Shown: one piece after another, positions 36,418 through 49,503 of the stretch | How the letters are laid out: every line of letters starts with the position of its first letter | How positions within the stretch are numbered: position 1 is the first letter of the stretch | From: Macrostomum hystrix | Taxonomy: Eukaryota > Animalia > Platyhelminthes | DNA length: 64,000 bases | Direction: 5' to 3' | NCBI GenBank assembly: GCA_950097015.1 | Contig: CATNEN010000002.1 | Location: 4,526,001-4,590,000 of the forward strand | Position numbers and translations under genes: made by a program | Notes under the pieces: generated by a model | Told to the model about the DNA's origin: nothing | The model's database searches: none | What the model saw: only the letters and a program-made list of their open reading frames with translations

Positions 36418-39400
36418 ATGGCCAACAACACTAATTTGCCTAAGTGTGAGTAGAGTTAATTTACTCAAGCTATTTTTTTACTTTTATTCTTTGTAGTTTT
36501 AATGCAATTTTTCTATCTGAAGTGTCACCTACTAGTCCACTCAGTCTGACAAAGTTGCTCATAATCAGTCATGAGGTCATAGTTGTGCAGTTTATTGTAG
36601 CTCATAAGCACACGCCTAAGAGGCCATTAATTTAGTTAGAAAGAATCCTTCATAATCACAGTCATACAGCTTCAGTCGCTTATTGTAATATAAGCAATAG
36701 ACAGTTGGAATCGCTCACAATCACAGTCATTCAGTTAGAATCGCTCATAGTCACAGTCATTCAGTTATAATCGCTCATAGTCACAGTCATTCAGTTAGAA
36801 TCGCTCATAATCACAGTCATTCAGTTATAATCGCTCATAGTCACAGTCATTCAGTTATAATCGCTCATAGTCACAGTCATTCAGTTAGAATCGCTCATAA
36901 TCACAGTCATTCAGTTAGAATCGCTCATAATCACAGTCATTCAGTTAGAATCGCTCATAATCACAGTCATTCAGTTATAATCGCTCATAGTCACAGTCAT
37001 TCAGTTAGAATCGCTCATAATCACAGTCATTCAGTTAGAATCGCTCATAATCACAGTCATTCAGTTAGAATCGCTCATAACCACAGTCATTCAGTTAGAA
37101 TCGCTCATAGTCACAGTCATTCAGTTAGAATCGCTCATAACCACAGTCATTCAGTTAGAATCGCTCATAGTCACAAGTCATGCAGTTAGAATCGCTCATA
37201 ATCACAGTCATTCAGCTAGAATCGCTCATAACCACAGTCATGCAGTTAGAATCGCTCATAATCACAGTCATTCAGTTAGAATTGCTCATAACCACAGTCA
37301 TTCAGTTAGAATCACTCATAACCACAGTCATTCAGTTAGAATCGCTCATAATCACAGTCATTCAGTTAGAATCGCTCATAATCACAGTCATTCAGTTAGA
37401 ATCGCTCATAATCACAGTCATTCAGCTAGAATCGCTCATAACCACAGTCATGCAGTTAGAATCGCTCATAATCACAGTCATTCAGTTAGAATTGCTCATA
37501 ACCACAGTCATTCAGTTAGAATCACTCATAACCACAGTCATTCAGTTATAATCGCTCATAATCACAGTCATTCAGTTAGAATCGCTCATAATCACAGTCA
37601 TTCAGTTAGAATCGCTCATAATCACAGTCATTCAGTTAGAATCGCTCACAATCACAGCCATGTAGTTAGAATCGGTAATTTTTACAGTCATTCAGTTTGA
37701 ACCGGTCATTGTCAGAGTCATGCAGTTGAAATCTATCATAATGACTGTCATGCAGTTAGAATAACTCATAATCACAGTCATTCAGTTAGAATCGCTCATA
37801 ATCACAGTCATTCAGTTAGAATCGCTCATAATCACAGTCATTAAGTTAGAATCGCTCACAATCACAGTCATGCAGTTAGAATCGCTCACAATCACAGTCA
37901 TTCAGTTAGAATCGCTCACAATCACAGCCATGTAGTTAGAATCGGTAATTTTTACAGTCATTCAGTTTGAACCGGTCATTGTCAGAGTCATGCAGTTGAA
38001 ATCTATCATAATGACTGTCATGCAGTTATAATAACTCATAATCACAGCCATGCAGTTACAATGATTCATTGTCACAGTCACTCAGTTAGAATCGCTCATT
38101 ATCACATTTGAATTAATCACCAAATCACTGACCCATATTCCGAGTCACAAATTGATTGTCACCCGCCCCATCGTACCTGTGCGCACCTATGTCTATTTAG
38201 CTGTGACGGTGGACCTGCAGTGCCGTGACAACGGATTCCTTCACCACACCCGGCGCTATCAACAGAATGAAGATGCCGCTGGTGCACTGGTTGTGCGCCG
38301 TGGCGCGCCGTTTCGCCTGCTTTTGAATTTCAACTCCGAATTCGTCGGGTCGTACGGCATTGTCGCGCTGACTTTATCAACCGAGAGCTTCGGCCAGTCC
38401 AAGCTGGAGAAGACCTGGACGCTCAAGGAGGTGAGTAATTGTTGCCTGTAATTAAGGAGCCTAAGATATGTTTATTGATGCAGAGGTGCCTGTAATTAAG
38501 GATTGGCTCAGAGGTGTTTTATTGACGCAGAGGTGCCTGTAATTAAGGATTGGCTCAGAGGTGTTTTATTGACGCAGAGGTGCCTGTAATTAAGGATTGG
38601 CTCAGAGGTGTTTTATTGACGCAGAGGTGCCTGTAATTAAGGATTGGCTCAGAGGTGTTTTATTGACGCTGAGGTGCCTGTAATTAAGGATTGGCTCAGA
38701 GGTGTTTTATTGACGCTGAGGTGCCTGTAATTAAGGATTGGCTCAGAGGTGTTTTATTGACACTGAGGTGCCTGTAATTAAGGATTGGCTCAGAGGTGTT
38801 TTATTGACACTGAGGTGCCTGTAATTAAGGATTGGCTCAGAGGTGTTTTATTGACACTGAGGTGCCTGTAATTAAGGATTGGCTCAGAGGTGTTTTATTG
38901 ACTCAGTATCTGTAATTATGGCACCTTATCGATCGAATTGCAATGCAGCAGTAAGATAGGGCCGTTGCGCTGCATACTCCCACAGAAATATCTAAACTGA
39001 TTTATTTTTAATATTTCACTGTTGACCGATCAACTGACTTAAAAGGCAGGAAGTTAGGCAAGTGGAAAGAATCTAAATTTAGTGTGCAACATTGCATGCT
39101 TCCTGTTCATATCCTGTGGCTGTCATCCGAGACAATTCATTTTCATCTGATTTCCATATTTGGTCGTAGTGTGCGGCGCTTCCAAAGGCTATGTACAGTT
39201 GTTCTGTCCGTGGACTGGGCAGGCTGCCAAAGGCCACCAAAAGCTACCCCAGCTGATGCTGGTGAACTAAAAAACTGGTCAATTATGCCTTTTTATCAGC
39301 GACACGAATTGACCTCTCTATTGTTGTCACGATTTCTAACCTGTTTGATATGATTTCAAATTTGTTAGATATGATTTGAAACCTGTTAGACACGAAATTA

Positions 39401-42400
39401 AACCTGTTAGACACTAAATCAAACCTAATATAAACATTAGTTTAAATCTGTTAGACACGAAATTGAACCCGTTACACACGGGTTTAAACCTGTTAGACAC
39501 GAAACTAAACCTGTTAGACACGAAACTAAACCTGTTAGACACGAAACTAAACCTGTTAGAATCGAAATTAAATCTGTTAGAGACGAAATTAAGCCTGTTT
39601 AGACAATATTGGAAGCATGTTAGACACGATTTTCAAGTTGTTACGTTCGATTTCGACCGGGCTAACAGGTCCATTTTGGAGAAGAGCATTGTTAATTTAT
39701 CGTTCTCATTTTTCAGATAAACTATCGACTCAGAGATGACGACTGCCCTTTTGAAATGATTTTGGTAAAAAAAATTCTTGCTTTTTTATATATAACTACT
39801 TAGTATAGATGAGTGTCAGTAGTATGTATTCTAAAAATGCTTCCCTATTATATCTAGATGAAAAGCAAGTCGGACAAAAGGACTATCTGTCTGCAGTTGA
39901 GCAGTGCTTTCAGCGCCCCAGTCTCCAAGTATCGCATCAGCAAGGTGACCCTGTTCCAGTCGCTGAATGGCCAGGCCTTCTCACTGGAGGCCAAGGCTGA
40001 GATTGTGCTCATCTACAATCCGTTTCACATTGGTGAGCTGGAAAACCTGTTAGAGATGATAACGAACCTGTTAGACACGATTGTCTTACAATCTGTTAGA
40101 CACGATTGTCTTACAGTCTGTTAGACACGATTTAAAACCCGTCAGATACAATACAAAACCTGTTTAACAATATTTGAAACATGTTAGACGTGATTTCGAA
40201 CCTGTTAGACACGAAATTAAGACTGTTAGACATGAAAGTAAGACTGTTAGACACAAAAAGAAAACTGTTAGACAAGAAAGTACGTAAACCTGTTAAACAC
40301 GAAAGGGAACCTGTTAAACACGAAAGGGAACCTGTTAAACACGAAAATAAACATGTTTTTAAACAAGAAGGAAACCTGTTAGACTTGAGTTTAAACCTTA
40401 AACCTCTAGACATTAAACCTGTTAGACATTATTTTATACCTGTTAGACACGGGTGTCTAATTGTCTAATTATATGTTAGCAACGGTATTAACTTAACTTT
40501 TACAGACCTGTTAGAAGCTATAGGAAAAATTTTGACTTGTCAATTCAGGTTCAGGCTTATCGATTTATCATCATCCCCACAGACGATCCCGTGTTTATGG
40601 GAGACGAAAAGGAACGCCAGGAGTTTGTGATGGAGGACTCGGGTATGCTGTTCCTGAGGCATCCCGGCAACTGGGACGGTCCCGGCAAGCCCTGGTTCTT
40701 TGGACAGGTGAAAAATCTCTGCATGGATAATACTACTTACTTTATATTCTAAGTGAAGTAGTACTAAAGAAAACAGCTCTTAGATATAACGAGCGGTGGG
40801 AAGACGGGAAGAGGGGTGAGAACACAGGGAGACGGGTGAGAGAAGACAGACAGAGGGGTGAGAAGATAGTATGAGGGGTGAGAAGACACAAAGTGGGGTG
40901 AGAAGACACGAAGAGGGTATGAAGACAGGAAGTGGGGTGAGAAGACAGGAAGAGGTGAGAGAAGGCATTAGGGGTGAGAAGACATTAGGGGTGAGGGGTG
41001 AGAAGACACGGATGGGGATGAGAAGACAGGAAGATCCTAATCACTGCATGACCAACTGTCTCCGCAGTTCGACGCTCCGGTTCTTGACTGCGTTCTGCTG
41101 CTACTGTCCAAGTCGGAGCTGCAGTGGCAGGACCTGGCCGACCCTGTCAAAGTGTCTCGCGCCCTATCGGCTGTCATCAACAGCATCGATGAATCCGGTC
41201 TGCTGATGGGCAACTGGTCCGGGGATTACTCTGACGGCCGAAATCCCACCGAGTGGACTGGCAGTTTGAAAATCTTTCAAGAATTCCACTCAACGAAACG
41301 GCCAGTCAAGTATGGACAATGCTGGGTGTTCTCGGGCTGCCTGACTTCAGGTTGGTTGGCCTAGTTGTACATTGAGGATGTACACACGGGGGCCGCTTGT
41401 ACTTGGAGTATGTAAACACGGGGGCTGCTTGTACTTGGAGTATGTACACACGGGGGGGCAGCATGTACTTGGGGGATGGGATGCACGCATGGGGTCTAAA
41501 TGTGCCTAAATGTACATTATGAAGAAGGCGCTGGGGTGAACGTGGCTGGATGTACACAAAGTAGAAAGAGTGAGGAAATATGTGCACAAAAGAGTCAAAG
41601 AGTCGCTAAAAACGCCACTGTCCAACCCATCACTTATCTGAAACTTCCCACAGCTGGACGCGCGCTGGGCATTCCGTCTCGCAGCGTGACGAACTTCTCC
41701 TCGGCTCACGACACAAACGCCAACTTGCTGATCGATCGCTACTACCACAGCACTGGCGAGCCTTTCGATGGCAAGAATAGAGACTCGGTTTGGTGAGTAC
41801 ACCAGCTCCTTTGGATGGGCTGGGTTCCTGCTTTTTATATGTGCACGTTAGTACACAAATGATGTACATGTGAGTGTTAACACTGCGGCTGTGAGGAGGT
41901 AGAATGTACACTCTGGTGCAGGGTGGGTAGATTGTAAACTCTGGGGCAGGAGGGTAGAGAGCATGTACACTTTGGAGCAGGGGGAGGTAGAATGTACACT
42001 CTAGGGCAGGGGAGGTAGAATGTACACTCTGGGGCAGGTAGAAGGCAGAATGTACACTTTGGGGCAGAAGGAGGCAGAATGTACACTCTGAGGCAGGGGA
42101 GGTAGAATGTACACTCTAGGGCAGGGAGGAGGCAGAATGTACACTCTGGGGCAGGGAGGAAGCAGAATGTACACTCTGGGGTAGGGAGGAAGCAGAATGT
42201 ACACTCTGGGGCAGGGAGGAAGCAGAATGTACACTCTGGGGCAGGGAGGAAGCAGAATGTACACTCTGGGGTAGGGAGGAAGCAGAATGTACACTCTGGG
42301 GCAGGGAGGAAGCAGAATGTACACTCTGGGGCAGGGAGGAAACAGAATGTACACTCTGGGGCAGGGTGGAAGCAGAATGTACACACCGAGGCTCTATAAG

Positions 42401-45280
42401 TTTTACTCGCTGATGCGCAATCGAAAGCTCCGCAACTGTCCAGGAATTTCCACGTGTGGAACGAGCTGTGGATGGCCCGGCCAGACCTGGGCAAGCGGTA
42501 CAACGGCTGGCAGGCAGTCGACTCCACGCCCCAGGAGATGAGCGGCGGCCGCTTCCAGACCGGGCCCTGTCCGCTGGTGGCCATCAAGGCCGGCGAGATC
42601 AACTTGCCGCACGACGGCAACTTCATCTACTCGGAGGTGAACGCCTGCGTGAAGTATTGGGTGACTGCAGACAATGGCGTCACCTGGATTGAAGCCATGT
42701 CCGACCCAAAGTCAGTTGGCGAGTACATCAGTACTAAGGTGGGTTAGCTTTCTGTACTGAATATTAGCAACATATTAGCAGCACCCCCACCTCAGATTTC
42801 ACCTCTTTCAAAAAGCACCATACATACCAACAATCTCAAGAAATGACATCCCCCGTTAACACCCACCTATAAACACCAAAGCCCAAAGCCAACCTCAAAC
42901 GACACCCACCCCAAACAACACCCACACCAAACAACACCCACACCAAACAACACCCACCCCAACAACACCCAACCCGAAAAAACACTTACCCCAAACAACA
43001 CCCACCCCGAGCAACAACCACACCAAACAACACCCACCCCAACAACACCCAAACCCAAACAACACCCACCCGAAACAATTCCCACCCCAAACAATAACCA
43101 CCCCAAAAAACAACAACCCCAAACAAAGCCCACCCCTAAACCACACCCACCCGAAACTACACTCACCCCAAGCAACAACCACCCCAAACAACACCCACCC
43201 CAAATCATACCCACGCGAAACAACATAAAAATTTCATATCCCTCTTTCAGTTGGTCGGCGCTTTTGAGCGTCTAGACGTGACCAGCCAGTACAAGTACGA
43301 CGAGGGCAGTCCGGAGGAGCGGGCGACCTTCGAGCGGGCCAGAGAGCTGGCAAGAAAGGCCAGCACGGAGCGGGTCCCCCCGGAGGGCGCCAGTTCGCCG
43401 AGGGCCGGCCCGGACCGTCAGGTTTGGCGACTGCGCATTCTGACCGGGCCGGCAAAGTCAATCAACTTCGGCGCGGATGCCACCGTGAAGGTTGTCGTCA
43501 AGAATGTCAGCGAAATCGACCGAGCCGGCTCCTGCTACTGCTCAGCTGTGCTCAGAAACAGCGCCGGAAAAAAGCTTAAAGATTTAAGCGTGCAGCAGAT
43601 GAAACTTGACCTGCCTGCCGCTGTTGGTGGGTGAAGATTAATTTGACAGCCTGACAGGCTTAGCCATCTAAAAATAAAAAAATGGTACATTTGTAAAACT
43701 CGTACGAACGAATCACCGCTTCAGAAAGTTCAGCCGAGCTGAGCATAGCTGCTCAAGACTACATGGAATTCGGTCACGAAGAAATCGACATCGTCATTCT
43801 GGCCGCGCTGACCGACACAGAAAATCGAGTCCAAACCGTCGACGAAGTCATCGGCATCGTCTATCCGGATCTGCTTGTTAAGGTTAGTGACTCTAATTGC
43901 TCTAATAACCTTATTGCTGCACCCGAACGGAGCAACGCAAGCACACAAAACCGGACCAAGAACACGGACCAACTTTTTGTTGCGCATCTTTTGAAACAAG
44001 AATCACGTCGCCAGCTTTTCAGACCGTCGAGATATTCAATGGTTCTGGCCAAAGGTCTTATTTTTCCCATAAGCGCTAGTGTATTTGATTCACACGAATT
44101 AGCACTGCGCCTCAGCGCGGCCTTGCCAGGCCTTCAAAATTTATCAGCATGTCACCCGAATGTGCCTGCATCATCTCCGTCTTCAGTGGTCGCCTACCTT
44201 TATCTTGACGGACTGCTGGACCTTCTCAAGGGCTACAACTGGTGGAAATAGGCCAGTATGGACACCCTGACGCGAATTTCTCCTATTTCTCACTACTCAA
44301 GCCTAAGTATTAGGCGCAGCTCAACCATCGCTCAACCAGGACACCATCGCCTAGTCTGTCAACCAATCAGTCACCACCCAACGCTTTTAGCTTTCGGGCG
44401 CTGCCAAAATAAATTTCAGGGCGAGGGGGGGGGAGAAATCCCCCTCTTGATATAAAAACGGGCGGCAAAATGGCTTGGTAGTCCTACTGTTAAATGGCCC
44501 TAGCAACTAAAATAATCGATTATATCCCTTTCCAATGGAATCCCAGATACCGGCCAAGCTGCGAAGGCAATCGGAGGTAGAAATCACGGTGGAGCTGAAG
44601 AACGACTTGTCAATATTGCTGACGGAGGCTAAATTTGGCATTGAAGGCCCCGGACTGAGAACTCAGCAACTGGAACAGAAAGTAGAGTGAGTCTACTATT
44701 TGAGGGCACTTGAGTTACTTGTTTTCTCCTCTGTTCTCACCATCTCATGCTTATCTATTCTCAGAAGTCTGGTTAATCTACCATTCTTATCTAATTTCAT
44801 TGTTCTCATCTATGATCTCATCTATTCTCACTGTTCTCATCATCTATGATCTCATCTATTCTCACAGTTCTCATCATCTATGATCTCATCTATTTTCACA
44901 GTTCTCATTATCTATGATCTCATCTATTCTCACAGTTCTCATCATCTATGATCTCATCTATTCTCACAGTTCTCATCATCTATGATCTCATCTATTCTCA
45001 CAGTTCTCATCATCTATGATCTCATCTATTTTCACAGTTCTCATTATCTATGATCTCATCTTAGCTCGCAGTTCTCACAATCTAGTGTCTGATCTCATAT
45101 TATCTCACTGCCGAAAGCCACCTGATTGATTTCAGTGATGTCCAGCCGGGTTCCGTAGCCAGCGCCACCTTCAAGGTGAGTTTCCATCGAGCCGGGGCGA
45201 CCAATTTGGTGGCCACCTTCAGCAGCAAGCAGATGACGGGAGTGTTCAAGCAAGCCGCTTTCTATGTTGACTTTGACTAA
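36418..45280 (+). CDS. TGM: Protein-glutamine gamma-glutamyltransferase (transglutaminase), about 734 aa, 13 exons
   Basis: Exons 36418-36445, 38201-38430, 39199-39261, 39717-39764, 39858-40032, 40583-40707, 41068-41350, 41654-41792, 42444-42738, 43251-43626, 43725-43882, 44547-44686 and 45136-45280 total 2205 nt in frame. N-terminal HHT...LVVRRG.PF; catalytic GQCWVF (Cys), NFHVWNE (His) and WQAVDSTPQE (Asp). The first exon and the two small exons are less certain. Confidence 0.93.
36700..38103. repeat. 30-bp tandem repeat (AGAATCGCTCATAATCACAGTCATTCAGTT) in transglutaminase intron 1
   Basis: About 46 units with higher-order blocks. Confidence 0.96.
38470..38905. repeat. 47-bp tandem repeat in a transglutaminase intron
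   Basis: GAGGTGCCTGTAATTAAGGATTGGCTCAGAGGTGTTTTATTGACRCW, about 9 units. Confidence 0.95.
39350..40520. repeat. Degenerate about 21-bp AACCTGTTAGACACGA repeats in two separate transglutaminase introns (39350-39650 and 40045-40520)
   Basis: The same core motif lies on both sides of the 39717 and 39858 exons. Confidence 0.8.
40790..41035. repeat. Degenerate purine-rich GGGGTGAGAAGACA repeat
   Basis: Recurs about every 20 bp. Confidence 0.8.
41880..42385. repeat. 30-bp tandem repeat (GCAGGGAGGAAGCAGAATGTACACTCTGGG)
   Basis: About 16 units; source of the repetitive 10-aa ORFs. Confidence 0.93.
42860..43230. repeat. CA-rich degenerate repeat (CCCCAAACAACACCCA)
   Basis: Low-complexity intron fill. 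Confidence 0.85.
43912..44489 (-). mobile_element. Family A TIR element copy filling most of a transglutaminase intron
   Basis: Reverse-complement homologue of 4986-5470; ends GGCTTGGTAGTCCTACTG|TTAA; the other TIR is not seen. Confidence 0.75.
44745..45110. repeat. 34-bp tandem repeat (CTCATCATCTATGATCTCATCTATTCTCACAGTT)
   Basis: About 8-10 units in the last transglutaminase intron. Confidence 0.9.
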
Positions 45281-45399
45281 ACGCATCTGTTTGAGTTCGG
45301 TTTTCTTGACTCAAGTGTTCTAGTGTTTGATAGTTTTATACTCAATCAATATTTCTTAAATGACTATATTTAAGTTTTTTATTGATGCTGTGTTGAAAA

Positions 45400-46000
45400 C
45401 TGTGTGAGAATGGGTGAGTACAAGATGAGAGCTGTGTGAGAATGGATGAGTACACGATGAGAAACTGTGTGAGAATGGATGAGTACACGATGAGAAACTG
45501 TGTGAGAATGGATGAGTACACGATGAGAAACTGTGTGAGAATGGATGAGTACACGATGAGAAACTGTGTGAGAATGGATGAGTACACCATGAGAACTGCG
45601 AGAATGGATGAGTACACCATGAGAACTGTGTGAGAATGGATGAGTACACCATGAGAACTGTGTGAGAATGGATTAGTACAAGATGAGAACTGTGTGAGAA
45701 TGGATGAGTACACCATGAGAACTGTGTGAGAATGGATTAGTACAAGATGAGAACTGTGTGAGAATGGATGAGTACACCATGAGAACTGTGTGAGAATGGA
45801 TTAGTACAAGATGAGAACTGTGTGAGAATGGATGAGTACACCATGAGAACTGTGTGAGAATGGATGAGTACACGATGAGAACTGTGTGAGAATGGATGAG
45901 TACACGATGAGAAACTGTGTGAGAATGGATGAGTACACGATGAGAAACTGTGTGAGAATGGATGAGTACACCATGAGAACTGTGTGAGAATAGATGAGTA
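45400..46000. repeat. 32/33-bp tandem repeat (GAGAACTGTGTGAGAATGGATGAGTACACCAT)
   Basis: About 18 units downstream of the transglutaminase stop. Confidence 0.95.
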
Positions 46001-46754
46001 GTCTCCATGTCTAGCAATACATGCATCTTATATTAAGACACTACACATGACACATTACACTTGAATATAATCCTTCAGATAAGTACTGATATTTTAAACA
46101 GAAAGTATTTTAACAAACTAGTGTTGTTTATCAGATTGTCAATTGTTTATAAAGTCTCTATTTAATCAAGTCTAACTTCAGTTGAAACTTTGATGCTGAA
46201 CAGACTAATTAAAACGGATTTAATTCATTAATTTTGATTCTTTGACTTTTAATAAATTTGTGTTATAAAAACACTTTTATTTCTACTTACAAAAGTAGTG
46301 TAATGAAAAAGATCCACTATTTCTTATTATTTTTATGCTAGTTTAAACTAGCGGAGCTGAGATGCATTTTTCTACGCGAATGATCTTAAATAACCTCGCC
46401 AAGGTGAGGGGGGAGGTGAGGTAGGGGAGGTCACCTGATCGGCTGAGGTGGGCCTGAACTGTTCACCAAGCAGCGAACAAAGTCACAAAGCTGCATGGAT
46501 AGTTTCCATGCACTCACTTGCACTCGCAGCAAAATGAGTTTGTTTATTAGCTTAAATTGAACAAATGTTTGTAGGCAGGCCATTGTTCATTGGCATCTAG
46601 GGCGAATGTGCATTGTGAGTATAAATAAATTCATGTTACAGAATGTAAAAAACACATATATGGTTTGTTTTGTGCTATTGTTTGACACTAAAAAGATCAT
46701 AATATGTAAAAAATAGCATACCAGAATATATTTACTTGCATTTCGTTTCGTGAA

Positions 46755-46968
46755 TAATAACAATTGGGTCAGTGCGCAGACGACAGCTCAACCGAAGCAA
46801 TTGCTGTTCAGTCCATAGACTGGGGGGACGCCACACCCACCCTCAGTTACCCACAGCTGATGCTGGTACCCATTTAACAACTGGGTGAACTGATGCAGAG
46901 TCAAGTGTCTTGCTAAAGGATACAAATTGTTCCAATAGAGTCGAGAATCGAACCCGTGACCTACAACC
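46755..46968 (-). mobile_element. tRNA/CORE-like SINE copy
   Basis: Reverse complement of the 14345 family: GTCCATAGACTGGGGGGACGCC...GTGTCTTGCTAAAGGA...GAATCGAACCC. Confidence 0.82.
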
Positions 46969-47044
46969 CCCTGTTTCGCGAATTTGCGAATATGAACTCA
47001 AAAGCTAAAAAGAATGGGTTATGAGGCTGTGTCTGTAAAATATT

Positions 47045-47755
47045 GCGACAGAGTGAGAGTCAGAGAGTGACAGAGTGAGGGTCAGAGAGTGACAGAGTGA
47101 GTGACAGAGGGTGACAGAGTGAGGGTCAGAGAGTGACAGAGTGAGTGACAGAGGGTGACAGAGTAAGGGTCAGAGAGTGACAGAGTGAGTGACAGAGTGA
47201 GGGTCAGAGAGTGACAGAGTGAGGGTCAGAGGGTGTCAGAGTGAGGTTCAGAGAGTGACAGAGTGAGGATCTTTGGGTGACAAAGTGAGGGTCAGAGAGT
47301 GGCGGAGTGAGTGTCAGAGAGTGACAGAGTGAGGGTCAGAGAGTGACAGAGTGAGGATCTTAGGGTGACAGAGTGAGGGTCAGAGAGTGACAGAGTGAGG
47401 GTCAGAGAGTGACAGAGTGAGGGTCAGAGAGTGACAGAGTGAGGGTCAGAGAGTGACAGAGTGAGGGTCAGAGAGTGACAGAGTGAGGATCAGAGAGTGA
47501 CAGAGTGAGGGTCAGAGGGTGTCAGAGTGAGGTTCAGAGAGTGACAGAGTAAGGGTCAGAGAGTGACAGAGTGAGGATCAGAGAGTGACAGAGTGAGGAT
47601 CAGAGAGTGACAGAGTGAGTGACAGAGTGAGTGACAGAGAGTTACAGAGTGAGTGAGAGAGTGAGGGTCAGAGAGTGACAGAGTGAGTGACAGAGTGAGG
47701 GTCAGAGAGTGACAGAGTGAGTGATAGAGTGAGTGACAGAGAGTGACAGTCAGAG
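47045..47755. repeat. 22-bp tandem repeat (GAGTGAGGGTCAGAGAGTGACA)
   Basis: About 30 units with 12-bp sub-variants. Confidence 0.93.
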
Positions 47756-48329
47756 AGAGGCAGTTAGGAGAGGAATACAGGTAGTAACAAACATTCCTTA
47801 AAATAAAAGATAAACAAGAATGAAATATGACATTAGTTAACACCTGAAGTAATATTTAAGACAATGTCAAAGAATCTGTGTAACGGCAACAAACAATCTC
47901 GAGGCTAAAAAAACGAGTACTAGTACTCACAGTTTAACCTGTGTATTTTTGCTCGTATTGTTTAGTTAAAATCCTTTATTGAACCTTCCTATTTGCTTGC
48001 GACAGACCTCGCTATTGATTGTACCCCTACTGCAGAGAATGAAGTGAGGCGAATGTACATTGTCACGATGAGTGTACACTGCCAGGGTCATAGGGTGTGG
48101 CAGCTACTGGGGGAGGGAGGTGGGTGGTGCGGTTAGAGATTGTTGACACAGTTTGACTGCTTTTTAGCAATAAATAACTTCAACTCAGTTTGGGTCGTTA
48201 GCTCTTTTTATTATGGGACTGTCGGCAATCAATGAGAATGTTCTCAGAGACTGAAGCTTTCACTTATTTGAGCACTGATGTTAGGGTGAAAGATTTTCAT
48301 TGGCAACAGCCGCTGTTTCAGGGTGTCAC

Positions 48330-49503
48330 AAATTACTTCAGGCATGCATCAGCTGTTATCCACCCATACTTCAGGGCATCAGCTGTTAGCCACGCATACT
48401 TCAGGGCATCAGCTGTTAGCCACGCATACTTCAGGGCATCAGCTGTTATCCACGCATACTTCAGGGCATCAGCTGTGACCCACCCATACTTCAGGGCATC
48501 AGCTGTTATCCACGCATACTTCAGGGCATCAGCTGTTATCCACCCATACTTCAGGACATCAGCTGTTACCCTCTGACACTTCAGGGCATCAGCTGTTATC
48601 CACGCATACTTCAGGGCATCAGCTGTTATCCACGCATACTTCAGGGCATCCGCTGTGACCCACCCATACTTCAGGGCATCAGCTGTTATCCACGCATACT
48701 TCAGGGCATCAGCTGTTATCCACCCATACTTCAGGACATCAGCTGTTACCCTCTGACACTTCAGGGCATCAGCTGTTATCCACGCATACTTCAGGGCATC
48801 AGCTGTTATCCACGCATACTTCAGGACATCAGCTGTTACCCTCTGACACTTCAGGGCATCAGCTGTTATCCACGCATACTTCAGGGCATCAGCTGTTATC
48901 CACGTATACTTCAGGGCATCAGCTGTTATCCACGCATACTTCAGGACATCAGCTGTTACCCTCTGACACTTCAGGGCATCAGCTGTTATCCACGCATACT
49001 TCAGGGCATCAGCTGTTATCCACGCATACTTCAGGACATCAGCTGTTATCCACTCATACTTCAGGGCATCAGCTGTTATTCACGCATACTTCAGGACATC
49101 AGCTGTTATTCACCCATACTTCAGGACATCAGCTGTTATTCACCCATACTTCAGGACATCAGCTGTTATTCACCCATACTTCAGGACATCAGCTGTTATT
49201 CACCCATACTTCAGGGCGTAAGCTGTTATCCACCCATACTTCAGGACATCAGCTGTTATCCGCCCATACTTCAGGACATCAGCTGTTATTCACCCATACT
49301 TCAGGGCATCAGCTGTTATCTACCCATACTTCAGGGCATCAGCTGTTACCCTCTGATACTTCAGGGCATCAGCTGTTATCCACCCATACTTCAGGGCGTC
49401 AGCTGTGACCCACCCATACTTCAGGACATCAGCTGTTATTCACCCATACTTCAGGACATCAGCTGTTATCCACCCATACTTCAGGGCGTCAGCTGTGACC
49501 CAC
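48330..49503. repeat. 30-bp tandem repeat (TACTTCAGGGCATCAGCTGTTATCCACGCA)
   Basis: About 39 units. Confidence 0.96.

Noticed and set aside
43763-44251. 162-aa ORF as an independent gene
   Set aside because: It is a transglutaminase exon reading through its donor into a family A transposon.
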